Positions 35,306-44,784 of a stretch of 64,000 nt of DNA are shown piece after piece (the first letter of the stretch is position 1; the number at the start of each line of letters is the position of its first letter). Under the pieces are notes generated by a model, which was given only the letters and a program-made list of their open reading frames with translations, made no database searches and was not told where the DNA came from. The translations under genes were made by a program, and so were the position numbers. The stretch spans positions 257,217 to 321,216 of the forward strand of contig JAJOLD010000001.1 of the NCBI GenBank assembly GCA_021129515.1. Reading direction: 5' to 3'. Source of the stretch: Minisyncoccota bacterium. Its GTDB lineage: Bacteria; Patescibacteriota; Minisyncoccia; Phycocordibacterales; UBA918.

Positions 35306-35587
35306 TTAGTTAAATAGTTGACTGTGATTACCAATATTAACCAAGGTAAGTAGCAAAAAACCATCATCAATTTGATACACGAGCAAAATATCTGGAGCCA
35401 AATGACACTCGCGGTGACCAGCAAGGTTACCGGTCAGCTTATGGTCATGATACTCCTTCGGTAACTCCTTTCCTTCAGACAAAACTGTAATAGCAAGCTT
35501 CAGTCTATCTGCCTTGAAAGACGCATGCTGCTTGATTCTTTTTAAGGATTTTTTAAATCTACTAGATTTATGAACCGTGTACTTCAT
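35306..35587 (-). CDS. yafQ: type II toxin, YafQ/RelE-family mRNA interferase
   Basis: HKLTGNLAGHRECHLAPDILLVYQIDDGFLLLTLVNIGNHSQLF matches the YafQ family. Confidence 0.85.
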   Translation of the reverse strand: MKYTVHKSSRFKKSLKRIKQHASFKADRLKLAITVLSEGKELPKEYHDHKLTGNLAGHRECHLAPDILLVYQIDDGFLLLTLVNIGNHSQLFN

Positions 35588-35589
35588 GT

Positions 35590-35862
35590 CTATAAATCAA
35601 GATCCGCATATAACTCATCAAGATTGTTATACCCTTTTGACTGCTTTGCCTCCTCTGTTTCCCGCACCATAGCCAACTCTTCAGCTATCGTATAGCCATT
35701 CTCTGTCTTGAGATCAAAAGGAATACCCTGCCTGTTTACCACATTAGTTAAAAACAACTTAACCGCGCTCGACATATCAAGACCAAGCTCTTCAAGGGTT
35801 TTACGTGCTTTTGCCTTTGTCTCGGCGTCTATTCTAATTTGTATTGTTTCTTGTGCACTCAT
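35590..35862 (-). CDS. dinJ: type II antitoxin, DinJ/RelB family
   Basis: IQIRIDAETKAKARKTLEELGLDMSSAVKLFLTNVVNRQGIPFDL is DinJ-like (RHH fold). It lies immediately upstream of yafQ. Confidence 0.8.
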   Translation of the reverse strand: MSAQETIQIRIDAETKAKARKTLEELGLDMSSAVKLFLTNVVNRQGIPFDLKTENGYTIAEELAMVRETEEAKQSKGYNNLDELYADLDL

Positions 35863-35951
35863 ACAGGTATTGTATACAGTGTAATGACAATGTCAATACA
35901 CAAAATTTACATCTTAGAAACAGTATTAAAACGTGTTCACCTACCACCTAA

Positions 35952-35989
35952 GTCATCCAACTAATTACGTGCATGACTAGTTGGATGAC
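35952..35989. promoter_or_regulatory. 12-bp inverted repeat (GTCATCCAACTA-n14-TAGTTGGATGAC) ~90 nt upstream of dinJ and just after the prfA stop
   Basis: Seen directly. It is a candidate TA operator or a prfA terminator stem. Confidence 0.4.
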
Positions 35990-36014
35990 GTAGCGTCAGT
36001 TTCAGAATTAGATA

Positions 36015-36998
36015 TTATTCACCACTTTCAGCCTTCTCCTCAGCGGCACGATGGAGGGCATCCACAATAGCGGTGATGTCGCCTCCCAAGGTCTGCTCAA
36101 TAGTGTGCCACGATTCCTTAATGCGGTGGTCAGTAATGCGGTTTTGTGGGAAGTTGTAGGTGCGAATCTTTTCAGAACGGTCTCCGGTACCAATTTGGCC
36201 GCTCCTCGTATCAGCATGCTTTTTTGCTTCTTCTTCCTCGTGTATCATTTCAAGCTTTGCAGTCAACATACTCATCGCCATTTCACGGTTTTTGAGTTGG
36301 CTGCGGGCTGACGAGCAGCGAACACTGAGCCCGGTTGGCTTATGAATCAGTCGCACGGCGGTTTCAACCTTGTTTACGTTTTGCCCACCAGCGCCACTTG
36401 ATCGTGAAAATTCCATATCAATGTCACCCTGATTGATTTCAATCGATGGCTTTTTGCGCATTGGAAGGATAGCCACTGATGCCGTCGAGGTATGAATACG
36501 TCCAGACTTCTCGGTTGCAGGAATACGCTGTACTCGATGCACGCCAGTTTCATAGCGAAGCGTTTCATACACATCAGCCCCCAAAATTTCAAAGGAAGCT
36601 TCTTTGTATCCACCCTGCCCTGCGCGCGATTCTGAAGTCACGGCATTGCTCCAACCTTTTGTCTCGGCATATCGCAAGTACATTTGTGCAAGCTCTTCAG
36701 CAAAGAGCGCGGCTTCTTCACCACCAGCACCAGCCCGTACTTCAAGCACCACACCATAGGGCTTTGCTTCCTCCTCCTTAGACGCTTCAAGAATTCTATC
36801 CATCTCGGTATACAACCCCTCCATTTGCTCCATGAGTGCTGCAGCCTCTTCTTCTGCAAGCTCGCGCATACTCTCGTCACCCTCTGCCATTTCGAGTGCC
36901 TCTGTGTGCTTTGTTTCAAAATCACTAAACTGGCTCGCCAAAAATTGCGTTTTATGATTTTCCTTAAATGCTGTTAGTTTTTCTTGGTCGAATTCCAT
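36015..36998 (-). CDS. prfA: peptide chain release factor 1
   Basis: GGQ motif ([19 protein letters not shown]) and the RF1-specific tripeptide P-A-T ([17 protein letters not shown]), as opposed to SPF in RF2. Confidence 0.9.
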   Translation of the reverse strand: MEFDQEKLTAFKENHKTQFLASQFSDFETKHTEALEMAEGDESMRELAEEEAAALMEQMEGLYTEMDRILEASKEEEAKPYGVVLEVRAGAGGEEAALFAEELAQMYLRYAETKGWSNAVTSESRAGQGGYKEASFEILGADVYETLRYETGVHRVQRIPATEKSGRIHTSTASVAILPMRKKPSIEINQGDIDMEFSRSSGAGGQNVNKVETAVRLIHKPTGLSVRCSSARSQLKNREMAMSMLTAKLEMIHEEEEAKKHADTRSGQIGTGDRSEKIRTYNFPQNRITDHRIKESWHTIEQTLGGDITAIVDALHRAAEEKAESGE

Positions 36999-37064
36999 AG
37001 TGACTCTATTATTACATACGAAAAACCACCCCGAGGGACTCGAAGTGGTTTTTCATTTGCGTCG

Positions 37065-37340
37065 TTACGCAGCAGCTTTTTTCTTTCGTCCAGCAGCTTT
37101 CTCAGCACGAGCCTTAAAGCGCTCAACACGTCCTGCGGTGTCCATAACCTTCTCGGTACCGGTATAAAACGGATGAGAAGCACTCGACACATCAACGTAC
37201 GCAATTGGGTATTCCTTACCATCGGTCCATTTCTCTGTTGCTTCAGTTGCAATAGTTGAACCAACAAGAAAACGCTCTCCACTTGAGTTGTCGTGGAAAA
37301 TCACCATGCGGTAGGTATCTGGATGTATATCTTTTTTCAT
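37065..37340 (-). CDS. rpmE: 50S ribosomal protein L31
   Basis: [17 protein letters not shown]...[24 protein letters not shown] matches L31. Confidence 0.9.
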   Translation of the reverse strand: MKKDIHPDTYRMVIFHDNSSGERFLVGSTIATEATEKWTDGKEYPIAYVDVSSASHPFYTGTEKVMDTAGRVERFKARAEKAAGRKKKAAA

Positions 37341-37480
37341 TGCCGAAACACTATACCAGAACGCATGTATTTGGCAATAGTGGGTTAGTGCTTAGCAACA
37401 ACGACGGAGGCGAAGCCTCCGTCGTTGTCAAAGGCAGCGAAGCTGCCAAAGCTATGTGCCAAGTACTAGGAGCTAGGTGC

Positions 37481-38887
37481 TCATCCACCTCGGAGAATTC
37501 TGATTTCATTTTCTAAGCGCGCCTTCCGCTTCATCACTCCATCACCATACGGTGCATTAACCGGGTTTGAGGCACCACCCCAGCCTGCAAAGTACCGCAG
37601 CGCCGCGAGTCGCTCTGCTGCATAGGTCCCTGCAGCTGCGCCATTGTCGCGCATCAAGAGTGCAGTTGCCATGAAGGCGTCCTGATTATTAAATGGATTT
37701 GATGGGCTTGCCTTACCCGTTCGACTGCGAATCATGTCGCTCCCCTTTTCATACACCCAACCTCCACTGCCATCACGCACAATACCGCCGTACATTGCCC
37801 AGGTTGATGGAATAAATTGCGATGGTCCCATAGCGCCACCCCAGCCGAGACGCTCGCCACTTCGAATCCATGGACACGAGACTTGCTGTGAACGTGGGTC
37901 AAATCCAAGAATTTTTGCAATCTCTATAAACACGGGCTGGTCACGGTCAGGCTTCATAACCGCACGTCCTTGCACAATATCATCATAGACACACGAACCG
38001 ATATTCGAACCGTACGCTGACTCTTGTTCGAGAATTGCGAGCACCAATGCAGGTGCGACCCCTGTTTGTCCACCAGCGAACTCTGCAAGTCCTACCGCCT
38101 CTGGAAATGGAATTGCCCCACCACCACCAGAAAGGTCGAAGAGTGCTGCCCTAAGCTGTGACGCGGTCTTCTGTTGTGACTCCAAAAGCTGTTTGTATTC
38201 CGATTCTTGCCCGCGTGTCACGGTGAGAATTTCTTCCTTTTTTGCTTCCTGTACTTCAATCTCCTTTTTTTCAACTTCTTGCAGTCGCTTCATTTCAGCT
38301 TCTGAAAGCTGTTTATCCTCAAGCGCATCGCGTTGCTCCTTCGTATCGATGCGTATTTCCTTGAGCAGGTGCACCGACTCATTGAGTGATGACTTAATCG
38401 ACTGAAAGCTCTCCAAATCTTCAAAAAACTCAGAAAACTTCTCTTTTCCCAAAATTACTTCAGCAAGGGAATAATCATCAATCTCTTGTGTTTTTCGAAT
38501 AAGCTGTGCAAGCGATTGGCGCTGTTTATCGAGTCGATCGTTAAGTTCCACAATCACCCCTTCCTTATCAACAATTTGGTCACCCAGCTGCGCAATAGCT
38601 ACATTACGTGCCTTAATACCGAGACGTGCTTTTTCAATTTCCGCATCAAGAAGTGCAACATCGCGCTCAAGCGACTGTCGCTCACGGGTGGTATCCTCCA
38701 CCAATACCTGCTGTTTGAGAATTTGCCGCTCTACATTTTGAAGCTCAAGCTCAAGTCGAGCCTTTCGTTCTTCTGCTGTTTCAGCATAGACAAAGTCAAC
38801 TGACAACATCAGCAAAGCAGCGAGGGTGAGTAATGCAAATCCGTTTCTCATACGTGTTATGAGGGATATTATACCGTGGTTTAGCAC
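37481..38887 (-). CDS. membrane-anchored coiled-coil protein with a C-terminal lytic-transglycosylase-like (SLT) domain
   Basis: N-terminal TM, a ~250-aa heptad-rich region, then LVLAILEQESAYGSN ... GAMGPSQFIPSTW, which fits the SLT ES...GLMQ pattern. Confidence 0.7.
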   Translation of the reverse strand: MLNHGIISLITRMRNGFALLTLAALLMLSVDFVYAETAEERKARLELELQNVERQILKQQVLVEDTTRERQSLERDVALLDAEIEKARLGIKARNVAIAQLGDQIVDKEGVIVELNDRLDKQRQSLAQLIRKTQEIDDYSLAEVILGKEKFSEFFEDLESFQSIKSSLNESVHLLKEIRIDTKEQRDALEDKQLSEAEMKRLQEVEKKEIEVQEAKKEEILTVTRGQESEYKQLLESQQKTASQLRAALFDLSGGGGAIPFPEAVGLAEFAGGQTGVAPALVLAILEQESAYGSNIGSCVYDDIVQGRAVMKPDRDQPVFIEIAKILGFDPRSQQVSCPWIRSGERLGWGGAMGPSQFIPSTWAMYGGIVRDGSGGWVYEKGSDMIRSRTGKASPSNPFNNQDAFMATALLMRDNGAAAGTYAAERLAALRYFAGWGGASNPVNAPYGDGVMKRKARLENEIRILRGG

Positions 38888-38987
38888 TTAGTACACAGCG
38901 CTTAGTACTCAATACGAAACAACTCCAAGGACAAATGTCCTTGGAGTTGTTTCTCAGTGCTAGAAGCTCAAGACTCGGTGCCAAAAA

Positions 38988-39635
38988 CTATTCAGCTGCA
39001 GCCTCTCCTTCAGCATCCTCACCTTTTCCTTTCTGTTCTACTTCGATAGCATCCATATCTACTGCTGCGGTTTCTTCTTCCGCTTCTTCAACCGCCTGTA
39101 CAACTGAAGCAACTGTATCGTCAGGACTGTTGTTCACGGTTACCCCTTCACCAATTGGGAGATCTTTTACGTGGATTGCCGCACCATAATCCTCAAGTAC
39201 TGACACATCAACCGTGATATGCGCAGGAAGATTACTCGGCCGACAGGTCACCTCAACATCATGGAGCACTTTCACCAAACTACCACCCTGCTTCACTGCA
39301 GGTGCTTCACCCACAAACTCAAGTGGTACATTTGTGGTGAGTTCCTTACCACGCTCAATCGCGTAGAAGTCTACGTGTGATACACCGCCCTTCACCGGGT
39401 CAAATGCAACATCCTGGATGAGCACTTCTTTGTCTTCATCAAGTCCCTTGAGGGTGATGATGCTTGCTTCTCCGGCAGTACGGAGTAGTTTTTCAAATGT
39501 CAGTGCATCAATCGCAATCTTGGTACTTTCTTCTTTTGCACCATAGAGTACTGCAGGCACGTTACCCTCTGCACGAAGTGCTGCATTCGCTTTTCCTGTA
39601 GTTTCACGCTTTGTTACTGCAAGTGTGGTTGTCAT
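38988..39635 (-). CDS. rplY: 50S ribosomal protein L25 / general stress protein Ctc with an acidic C-terminal tail
   Basis: KRETTGKANAALRAEGNVPAVLYG ... matches L25/Ctc. Confidence 0.9.
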   Translation of the reverse strand: MTTTLAVTKRETTGKANAALRAEGNVPAVLYGAKEESTKIAIDALTFEKLLRTAGEASIITLKGLDEDKEVLIQDVAFDPVKGGVSHVDFYAIERGKELTTNVPLEFVGEAPAVKQGGSLVKVLHDVEVTCRPSNLPAHITVDVSVLEDYGAAIHVKDLPIGEGVTVNNSPDDTVASVVQAVEEAEEETAAVDMDAIEVEQKGKGEDAEGEAAAE

Positions 39636-39901
39636 AATAAAATTATTAATATCTTTGGGCTAAAAGCCTTGTTTGGTAAGTCAACTCCTTATAATAGAAA
39701 CACTGAACTTCTTTCAAAAGTAGCGCATTTGCACTAGTTTCAAAATTTTTTTCCATCGCCGTATGGCAAAGATACGTCTTAGTCGCAAAATCTTTCCAAC
39801 CAGCACACCTGCATCAACTTTTGAAAGAAGTCTAAACGTCAGCGGTATAGAGTCGCGGACTACAATACCACACATATATGATTTCTCAACTCCTGAGAGC
39901 G

Positions 39902-39929
39902 GTTGACATGTCATCAAGTTGTTGTATTA
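39902..39929 (+). promoter_or_regulatory. sigma70-like promoter (TTGACA-16nt-TATTAT) ~30 nt upstream of the small secreted-peptide gene
   Basis: Consensus -35 and a near-consensus -10. Confidence 0.6.
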
Positions 39930-39958
39930 TTTCTCCACCTTAACGAAACGGGAGTTCT

Positions 39959-40189
39959 TTGATGGCAATACCGAAGCATATAATACGCAAAGTACTTGCA
40001 TTGATACTGTCAATGTTTTTCTTGAGTACACTAGCCGTTTCAATAGCCCTAGTCTGGCCTCAACAAGCTACTGCCGATCCTCTGGATGCATATCGCTGCT
40101 CAGACAAAGACGGTCAAGTTCGATACAGCAGTGATTGCCCAGGGATAGACAAACGAAAGCAAGCAGCTGCAAAACAAAAAAAGAAGTAG
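39959..40189 (+). CDS. small secreted, Lys-rich protein (~75 aa) with a signal peptide and two Cys
   Basis: MAIPKHIIRKVLALILSMFFLSTLAVSIALV signal peptide. The mature part is ~45 aa ending in KRKQAAAKQKKK. A strong promoter lies upstream. Confidence 0.45.
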   Translation: MMAIPKHIIRKVLALILSMFFLSTLAVSIALVWPQQATADPLDAYRCSDKDGQVRYSSDCPGIDKRKQAAAKQKKK

Positions 40190-40260
40190 CACCATACCCC
40201 GAAAAAGGCCCGCACAAGCGGGCCTTCCTTATACTCTATGCGCATTCTAAAGACGCACAC

Positions 40261-41241
40261 TTACGACACCACATTCTGTGGCGTATCCCCTGCCAAATGG
40301 TCAATAACATTTTGCGCAGCCATTTCAGACATCTTGCCTCGCGTCTCTTCTGTTGCTGAGGCAATATGCGGTGTGATAACCACATTGTCGAGGTCTGCAA
40401 GCCCCTTTGCAAGCGCCGGTTCGTCTTCATACACATCGAGCCCCGCCGCACGAATTACTTTGTCTTTCAATGCTTTCACGAGCGCCTTTTCGTCAACCAC
40501 TGGACCACGTGAGGTGTTAATCAAAATCGCACCTTCTTTCATCATTGCGAGTCGGTCCTCATTAATGAGGTGTGTAGTTGATTCAAGGAGTGGTACATGC
40601 ACCGTCACAATATCCGCTTCTTTAAGCACCTCATCTACCGTTTCTTTAAACGTACAATCAATTTCTTTTTCAAGATGCTCATTCGGCTTGATGTCGTAGT
40701 AGATAACATCCATATCAAATGCTTTCTTTGCACGTGTTGCCACACCAGAACCAATACGCCCAGCACCCAAGACACCAAGTGTCTTGCCTTTCATATCGCT
40801 ACCAAGCAGCAATTCAGGTGCCCAGCCATCGTACTTCCCCGCGCGTGTGAACCGATCTGCTTCTGGAATACACTTTGCCGTTGCAAGGATAAGCGAAAGC
40901 GCATACTCAGCGACCGTATCCGTGAGTACGCCTGGTGTGTTGGTGATGGTCACCCCACGCTCACGCGCTGCATCAAGATCAATGTTGTTATACCCCACTG
41001 CATAGTTTGCAAAAATCTTTGCGCTAGGTGCTGCATCAAATACGTCTCCATCAATCGTGTCAGTCAGGAGTGAGAGCACCGCGTCATACGGTTTCGTATC
41101 AAGCGCGGTCAACAATTCATCACGAGTGAGCACGCCATCTTTCTGACTCACATCTACTTCATGTCCCGCTGCACGCAACAGGTTAATACCAATATCAGGA
41201 ATTTTCCGCGTTACAAAAACAAGTGCCATATACAATATCAA
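40261..41241 (-). CDS. D-isomer-specific 2-hydroxyacid dehydrogenase family (glyoxylate/hydroxypyruvate reductase or phosphoglycerate dehydrogenase-like)
   Basis: NAD-binding GVLGAGRIGSGVATRA and the catalytic region ...SRGPVVDEKALVKALKDKVIRAAGLDVYEDEP. Confidence 0.85.
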   Translation of the reverse strand: MILYMALVFVTRKIPDIGINLLRAAGHEVDVSQKDGVLTRDELLTALDTKPYDAVLSLLTDTIDGDVFDAAPSAKIFANYAVGYNNIDLDAARERGVTITNTPGVLTDTVAEYALSLILATAKCIPEADRFTRAGKYDGWAPELLLGSDMKGKTLGVLGAGRIGSGVATRAKKAFDMDVIYYDIKPNEHLEKEIDCTFKETVDEVLKEADIVTVHVPLLESTTHLINEDRLAMMKEGAILINTSRGPVVDEKALVKALKDKVIRAAGLDVYEDEPALAKGLADLDNVVITPHIASATEETRGKMSEMAAQNVIDHLAGDTPQNVVS

Positions 41242-41708
41242 TAATTATCTGATTACACCCAATAATACCATGCACACGCAGCAAAATAGGCGAGAACCAG
41301 TTTGAAAAGACTCGGAGTACAAAGATTTCAAAAATTCGAGCAGAAAAACATATAAAATTTCGTCTCTTACTGAGACCGTTTAGGTTGACGCCGCTCACGC
41401 GGCTGGCAACCTCTTGCGCCAGTACGTAGGTACTGGCTCACCATATCGAGATACAGTGATAAGTTCCGAGGGAACTTTGCAAGACCTTTAGAGATATTTT
41501 GACGAAGGAGAAATATCCTAAAGGTGTACCGCTTCCGTAGGAAGAGAAGATTTTAGAAGTTTTATCTCTTACAGATACTGTGCAGGTCGTATGATAATGT
41601 TCGTTCCTCACACTATCGACGACCTCTTGCGAACGTGTCTGTACACGTTTTCACCGAATTTTGGGAATCGACTACCCGAAACAGTTCTTCACTTAAATTT
41701 CACTGTAT

Positions 41709-41727
41709 GGGTTTTTAAACTGGTTCT
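41709..41727 (+). promoter_or_regulatory. variant of the shared motif (GGGTTTTTAAACTGGTTCT) directly upstream of the kinase gene
   Basis: It ends a ~65-nt block (41663-41727) conserved with 24207-24271. Confidence 0.5.
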
Positions 41728-41729
41728 CA

Positions 41730-42749
41730 GTGCTATACTTTGTGCATATGTCACAACAATATGATTTTGTCGCACTTGGCGATATCGTTGTCGATGCGTT
41801 TATCGAACTCGACAAAGATCAGGCTGATGTCTCAGTCGACCTCGATACTGGTCGAAAGACCCTCGAAATGTCTTTTGGAAATAAACTACCCTATAAGGAT
41901 GTCACCGTCGTAAATGCAGTGGGCAACTCACCAAATGCCTCAATCTCTGCATATCGACTCGGACTGCGCTCAGCGCTCGTTACTAACCTTGGACACAATC
42001 GCAATGGGAGGGACTGTCTCGACCAACTCCGCAGTGAAGGTGTTGATACAGACTATGTCAAAGTGCATGAAGGTAAAGAAACCAATTACCACTATGTACT
42101 TCGCTACGGTCCCGAGCGAACCATCCTTATCAATCATGAGACCTATCCGTACCTGCTCCCCGATTTTGGCGTTGCACCGAAGTTTATGTACTTCTCCTCT
42201 ATTGGTGAGAATGGTGTTGATTTCCATCACGACGTCGCAGACTTCATACGCGACAACGAAACCAAGCTCGCCTTCCAACCCGGAACCTTCCAAATTCGCC
42301 TCGGGTACGAAAAAATAAAAGACCTCTACGAACAAACTGAAATCTTCTTCTGCAACAAAGAAGAGGCGCAGAGTATCCTAAAGACTGAAGAGCAGAGTAT
42401 TCCGGTACTCCTTCGAGAATTCAAAAAACTCGGTCCAAATATTCCAGTGATTACCGACGGACCAAACGGTGCGTTTGCGCTTGATGGTGAAGAAATCTGG
42501 TTCATGCCTATGCACCCAGACCCAGCTCCACCAGTCGACCGCACTGGTGCAGGTGACTCATTCTCGTCTACCTTCACTGCAGCGATTATCCGTGGCGAGG
42601 ATGTAAAGACCGCACTCTCATGGGGACCAATCAACTCCATGTCAGTGGTACAACACATCGGTGCACAAAAGGGTCTCGTCACCAAAGACCAACTCGATGA
42701 ATACCTTAAAGTCGCACCACCCGAATACAAATTGCAGCAGGTTGAATAA
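41730..42749 (+). CDS. PfkB-family carbohydrate kinase (ribokinase/fructokinase-like)
   Basis: DRTGAGDSFSSTFTAAIIRG matches the PfkB DTxGAGD motif. The track ORF starts at GTG 41730; the probable ATG start is at 41748 (MSQQYDF). Confidence 0.85.
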   Translation: MLYFVHMSQQYDFVALGDIVVDAFIELDKDQADVSVDLDTGRKTLEMSFGNKLPYKDVTVVNAVGNSPNASISAYRLGLRSALVTNLGHNRNGRDCLDQLRSEGVDTDYVKVHEGKETNYHYVLRYGPERTILINHETYPYLLPDFGVAPKFMYFSSIGENGVDFHHDVADFIRDNETKLAFQPGTFQIRLGYEKIKDLYEQTEIFFCNKEEAQSILKTEEQSIPVLLREFKKLGPNIPVITDGPNGAFALDGEEIWFMPMHPDPAPPVDRTGAGDSFSSTFTAAIIRGEDVKTALSWGPINSMSVVQHIGAQKGLVTKDQLDEYLKVAPPEYKLQQVE

Positions 42750-42932
42750 CCACACAAAAAGCACCCGATTCAATCGGGTGCTTTTTGTGTTATGTAAACT
42801 ACCCTGTCCCAAGAGCACAAAGCATTTGCCGTTGTATTCTTGGGACAGGGTAGTTTGCGAACTGTAGATGTCGCCTCCTCGACAGCTATTTAATCAGCCT
42901 GATTCATCTCCGATCACAAGCTCGGGGCGTTC

Positions 42933-43440
42933 TTAGGCAGTACTCGTAAACATTCTCCGCAAGAAAACCTCTACCTGTTCTTTTAAGCAATCAAACTCAA
43001 CCTCAACAGCACGTGGTCGTGCAGTAATTAACGCAAGGTTGTACATTGCAAATTCTTGAGGCGTAAAACTCTCATAATCATCTAGTTGCTGTTCACCAAA
43101 TATATCAAGAAGCCACTCAGCATATACGTGCTTCTCAGTAGGCGTTGGATGCAAACCATTGTTTTCTATAAAAAATGTGAGGCTGAATGTTGCAAGACGT
43201 TTATTTCCATTAAAAAAATAATGTCCGCTGTTCACATATAGGAAGAGGGCTGTAGCTTTTGCATATATCAGGATAAAATGAGTCATCTTTTATCCGCTCG
43301 ATAAGCGTCAAATAATCATCGATACCACCTTCTTCTTCGTCGTATCGAGGCACTTCCTCATCATGCACATACTCAAAGTTCTGAATGATGTCGACAATGA
43401 CAATAAGGTCTTCAGGAGTGATGTATTTAATGTCGGACAT
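42933..43440 (-). pseudogene. doc: Doc (death-on-curing) / Fic-family toxin gene split by a frameshift into two overlapping ORFs
   Basis: ORF 43210-43440 encodes the Doc N-terminus (MSDIKYITPEDLIVIVDII...). ORF 42933-43286 encodes ...YAKATALFLYVNSGHYFFNGNKRLA with the Doc motif HxFx(D/N)GNKR. The frames switch inside CCTGATATATGC, consistent with loss of 2 nt from an (AT)n run. Confidence 0.7.
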
Positions 43441-43443
43441 ATA

Positions 43444-43599
43444 CTAGGTGCTGCCAAGACGCTTAATAGCGTTACCATAGTTTTTCTTCACACGCTTATA
43501 TACACCGGCAATCTGCCCTTTGCGGTTTTGTTTCGTTGTACGCTGTCTGATTGCGTAATATTTATCGGTTGCCGGGTTGTGAATTCGCTTCCGAGTCAT
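43444..43599 (-). CDS. hypothetical 51-aa basic protein immediately upstream of doc; possible cognate antitoxin
   Basis: Absent from the track (under 60 aa). It translates as MTRKRIHNPATDKYYAIRQRTTKQNRKGQIAGVYKRVKKNYGNAIKRLGST. Its stop abuts the doc start. No similarity to Phd was recognized. Confidence 0.3.
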   Translation of the reverse strand: MTRKRIHNPATDKYYAIRQRTTKQNRKGQIAGVYKRVKKNYGNAIKRLGST

Positions 43600-43796
43600 A
43601 CATAAACTGCATCAAAATTGTATAGTGAAGCAAAGTATCCTTGTGAAAATATCAAAGTAATAGTATGAAGTTACATTATATCATACCACTGCTCAGGCAC
43701 TGTGCGGTCTGTTACTCCAATAAAAAGCAGCGGTGGAGACACCGCTGCTTTTTCATAATCTGTTTTTATCTAAATACTCATTCTGAATACTCCTCA

Positions 43797-44783
43797 CTAC
43801 CCTGCTACTTTCTTCACCGTTTCAATAATGGTCTTTGTATCCATGCCATAGTGCGCAATAAGTTCATCAGGGTCTCCCGATTGTCCGAACTTATCATGAA
43901 CACCAAGCTTCACCACGCGGGTTGGGCGTTCCTCTGAGAGGTATTCAGACACTGCTGACCCCACACCACCTGCAACCTGATGTTCTTCTACCGTCACTAA
44001 TGCATCGTGCTCTTCTGCAAAGGCTTTGATTGCTTCCGTATCAAGTGGCTTAATCGTCGCAAGGTTCATCACTGACACGCCAATACCCTGTTCATTGAGT
44101 TGCTTACCTGCCATGAGTGCATTATGGAGTACCACTCCACAAGAAATAATACCCACTTTCTTTGCATGTGTACCATCACGCCGCATATACACCTCAGCTT
44201 TGCCAATAGCAAACGGTGAACCTGGTGTCGTCACCACCGGCACTCCCTCACGTGCGAGGCGAATATATACCGGTCCTTCATGCTCAGCAGCTGCGAGTGT
44301 AGCTCTCCGTGCTTCATGCACATCACACGGTACCAAGACAGTCATACGTGGTACCACACGCATAATTGCAATGTCCTCAATCGCCTGGTGCGTTGCTCCA
44401 TCAGGACCAACCGACACCCCCGAGTGTGCACCAATAATCTTCACATTCGCATTGTTATACGCAATCGTGGTGCGTACTTGCTCCCAGCTACGCCCTGGAG
44501 AAAACATCGCATACGACGCAATAAACGGAATCTTGCCCATGGCAGCCATACCCGACGCCACCGACGCCATAGACTGCTCACCAATACCTACCTGCACAAA
44601 TCGATCAGGGAAGGCGTCTGCAAAAATGTTTGTGCGTGTTGAACCAGTGAGGTCAGCAGAGAGCGCCACGACACGCTCGTCCTTCTCACCCGCTTCTTTG
44701 AGCCCCTCACCATACCCGTTACGGTTTGGTACCCGCTCAATGTTGTCATCAAAAATATTTGGATTTATATGGTCTGGTGTCAT
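43797..44783 (-). CDS. transketolase, C-terminal subunit (split transketolase)
   Basis: Pyrimidine-binding and C-terminal domains of transketolase. It lies adjacent to the N-terminal-subunit gene. Confidence 0.92.
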   Translation of the reverse strand: MTPDHINPNIFDDNIERVPNRNGYGEGLKEAGEKDERVVALSADLTGSTRTNIFADAFPDRFVQVGIGEQSMASVASGMAAMGKIPFIASYAMFSPGRSWEQVRTTIAYNNANVKIIGAHSGVSVGPDGATHQAIEDIAIMRVVPRMTVLVPCDVHEARRATLAAAEHEGPVYIRLAREGVPVVTTPGSPFAIGKAEVYMRRDGTHAKKVGIISCGVVLHNALMAGKQLNEQGIGVSVMNLATIKPLDTEAIKAFAEEHDALVTVEEHQVAGGVGSAVSEYLSEERPTRVVKLGVHDKFGQSGDPDELIAHYGMDTKTIIETVKKVAG

Positions 44784-44784
44784 A

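Noticed and set aside
36015-36998. Release factor 2 with a programmed +1 frameshift (prfB)
   Set aside because: The tripeptide motif is P-A-T (RF1), not S-P-F. The ORF is uninterrupted. TGA is used as a stop (smc), so there is no evidence of stop-codon reassignment.
39714-39917. 67-aa minus-strand ORF in the rplY upstream region
   Set aside because: It lies within the promoter region of the divergent small secreted-peptide gene. It has no start context or homology, so it is likely spurious.
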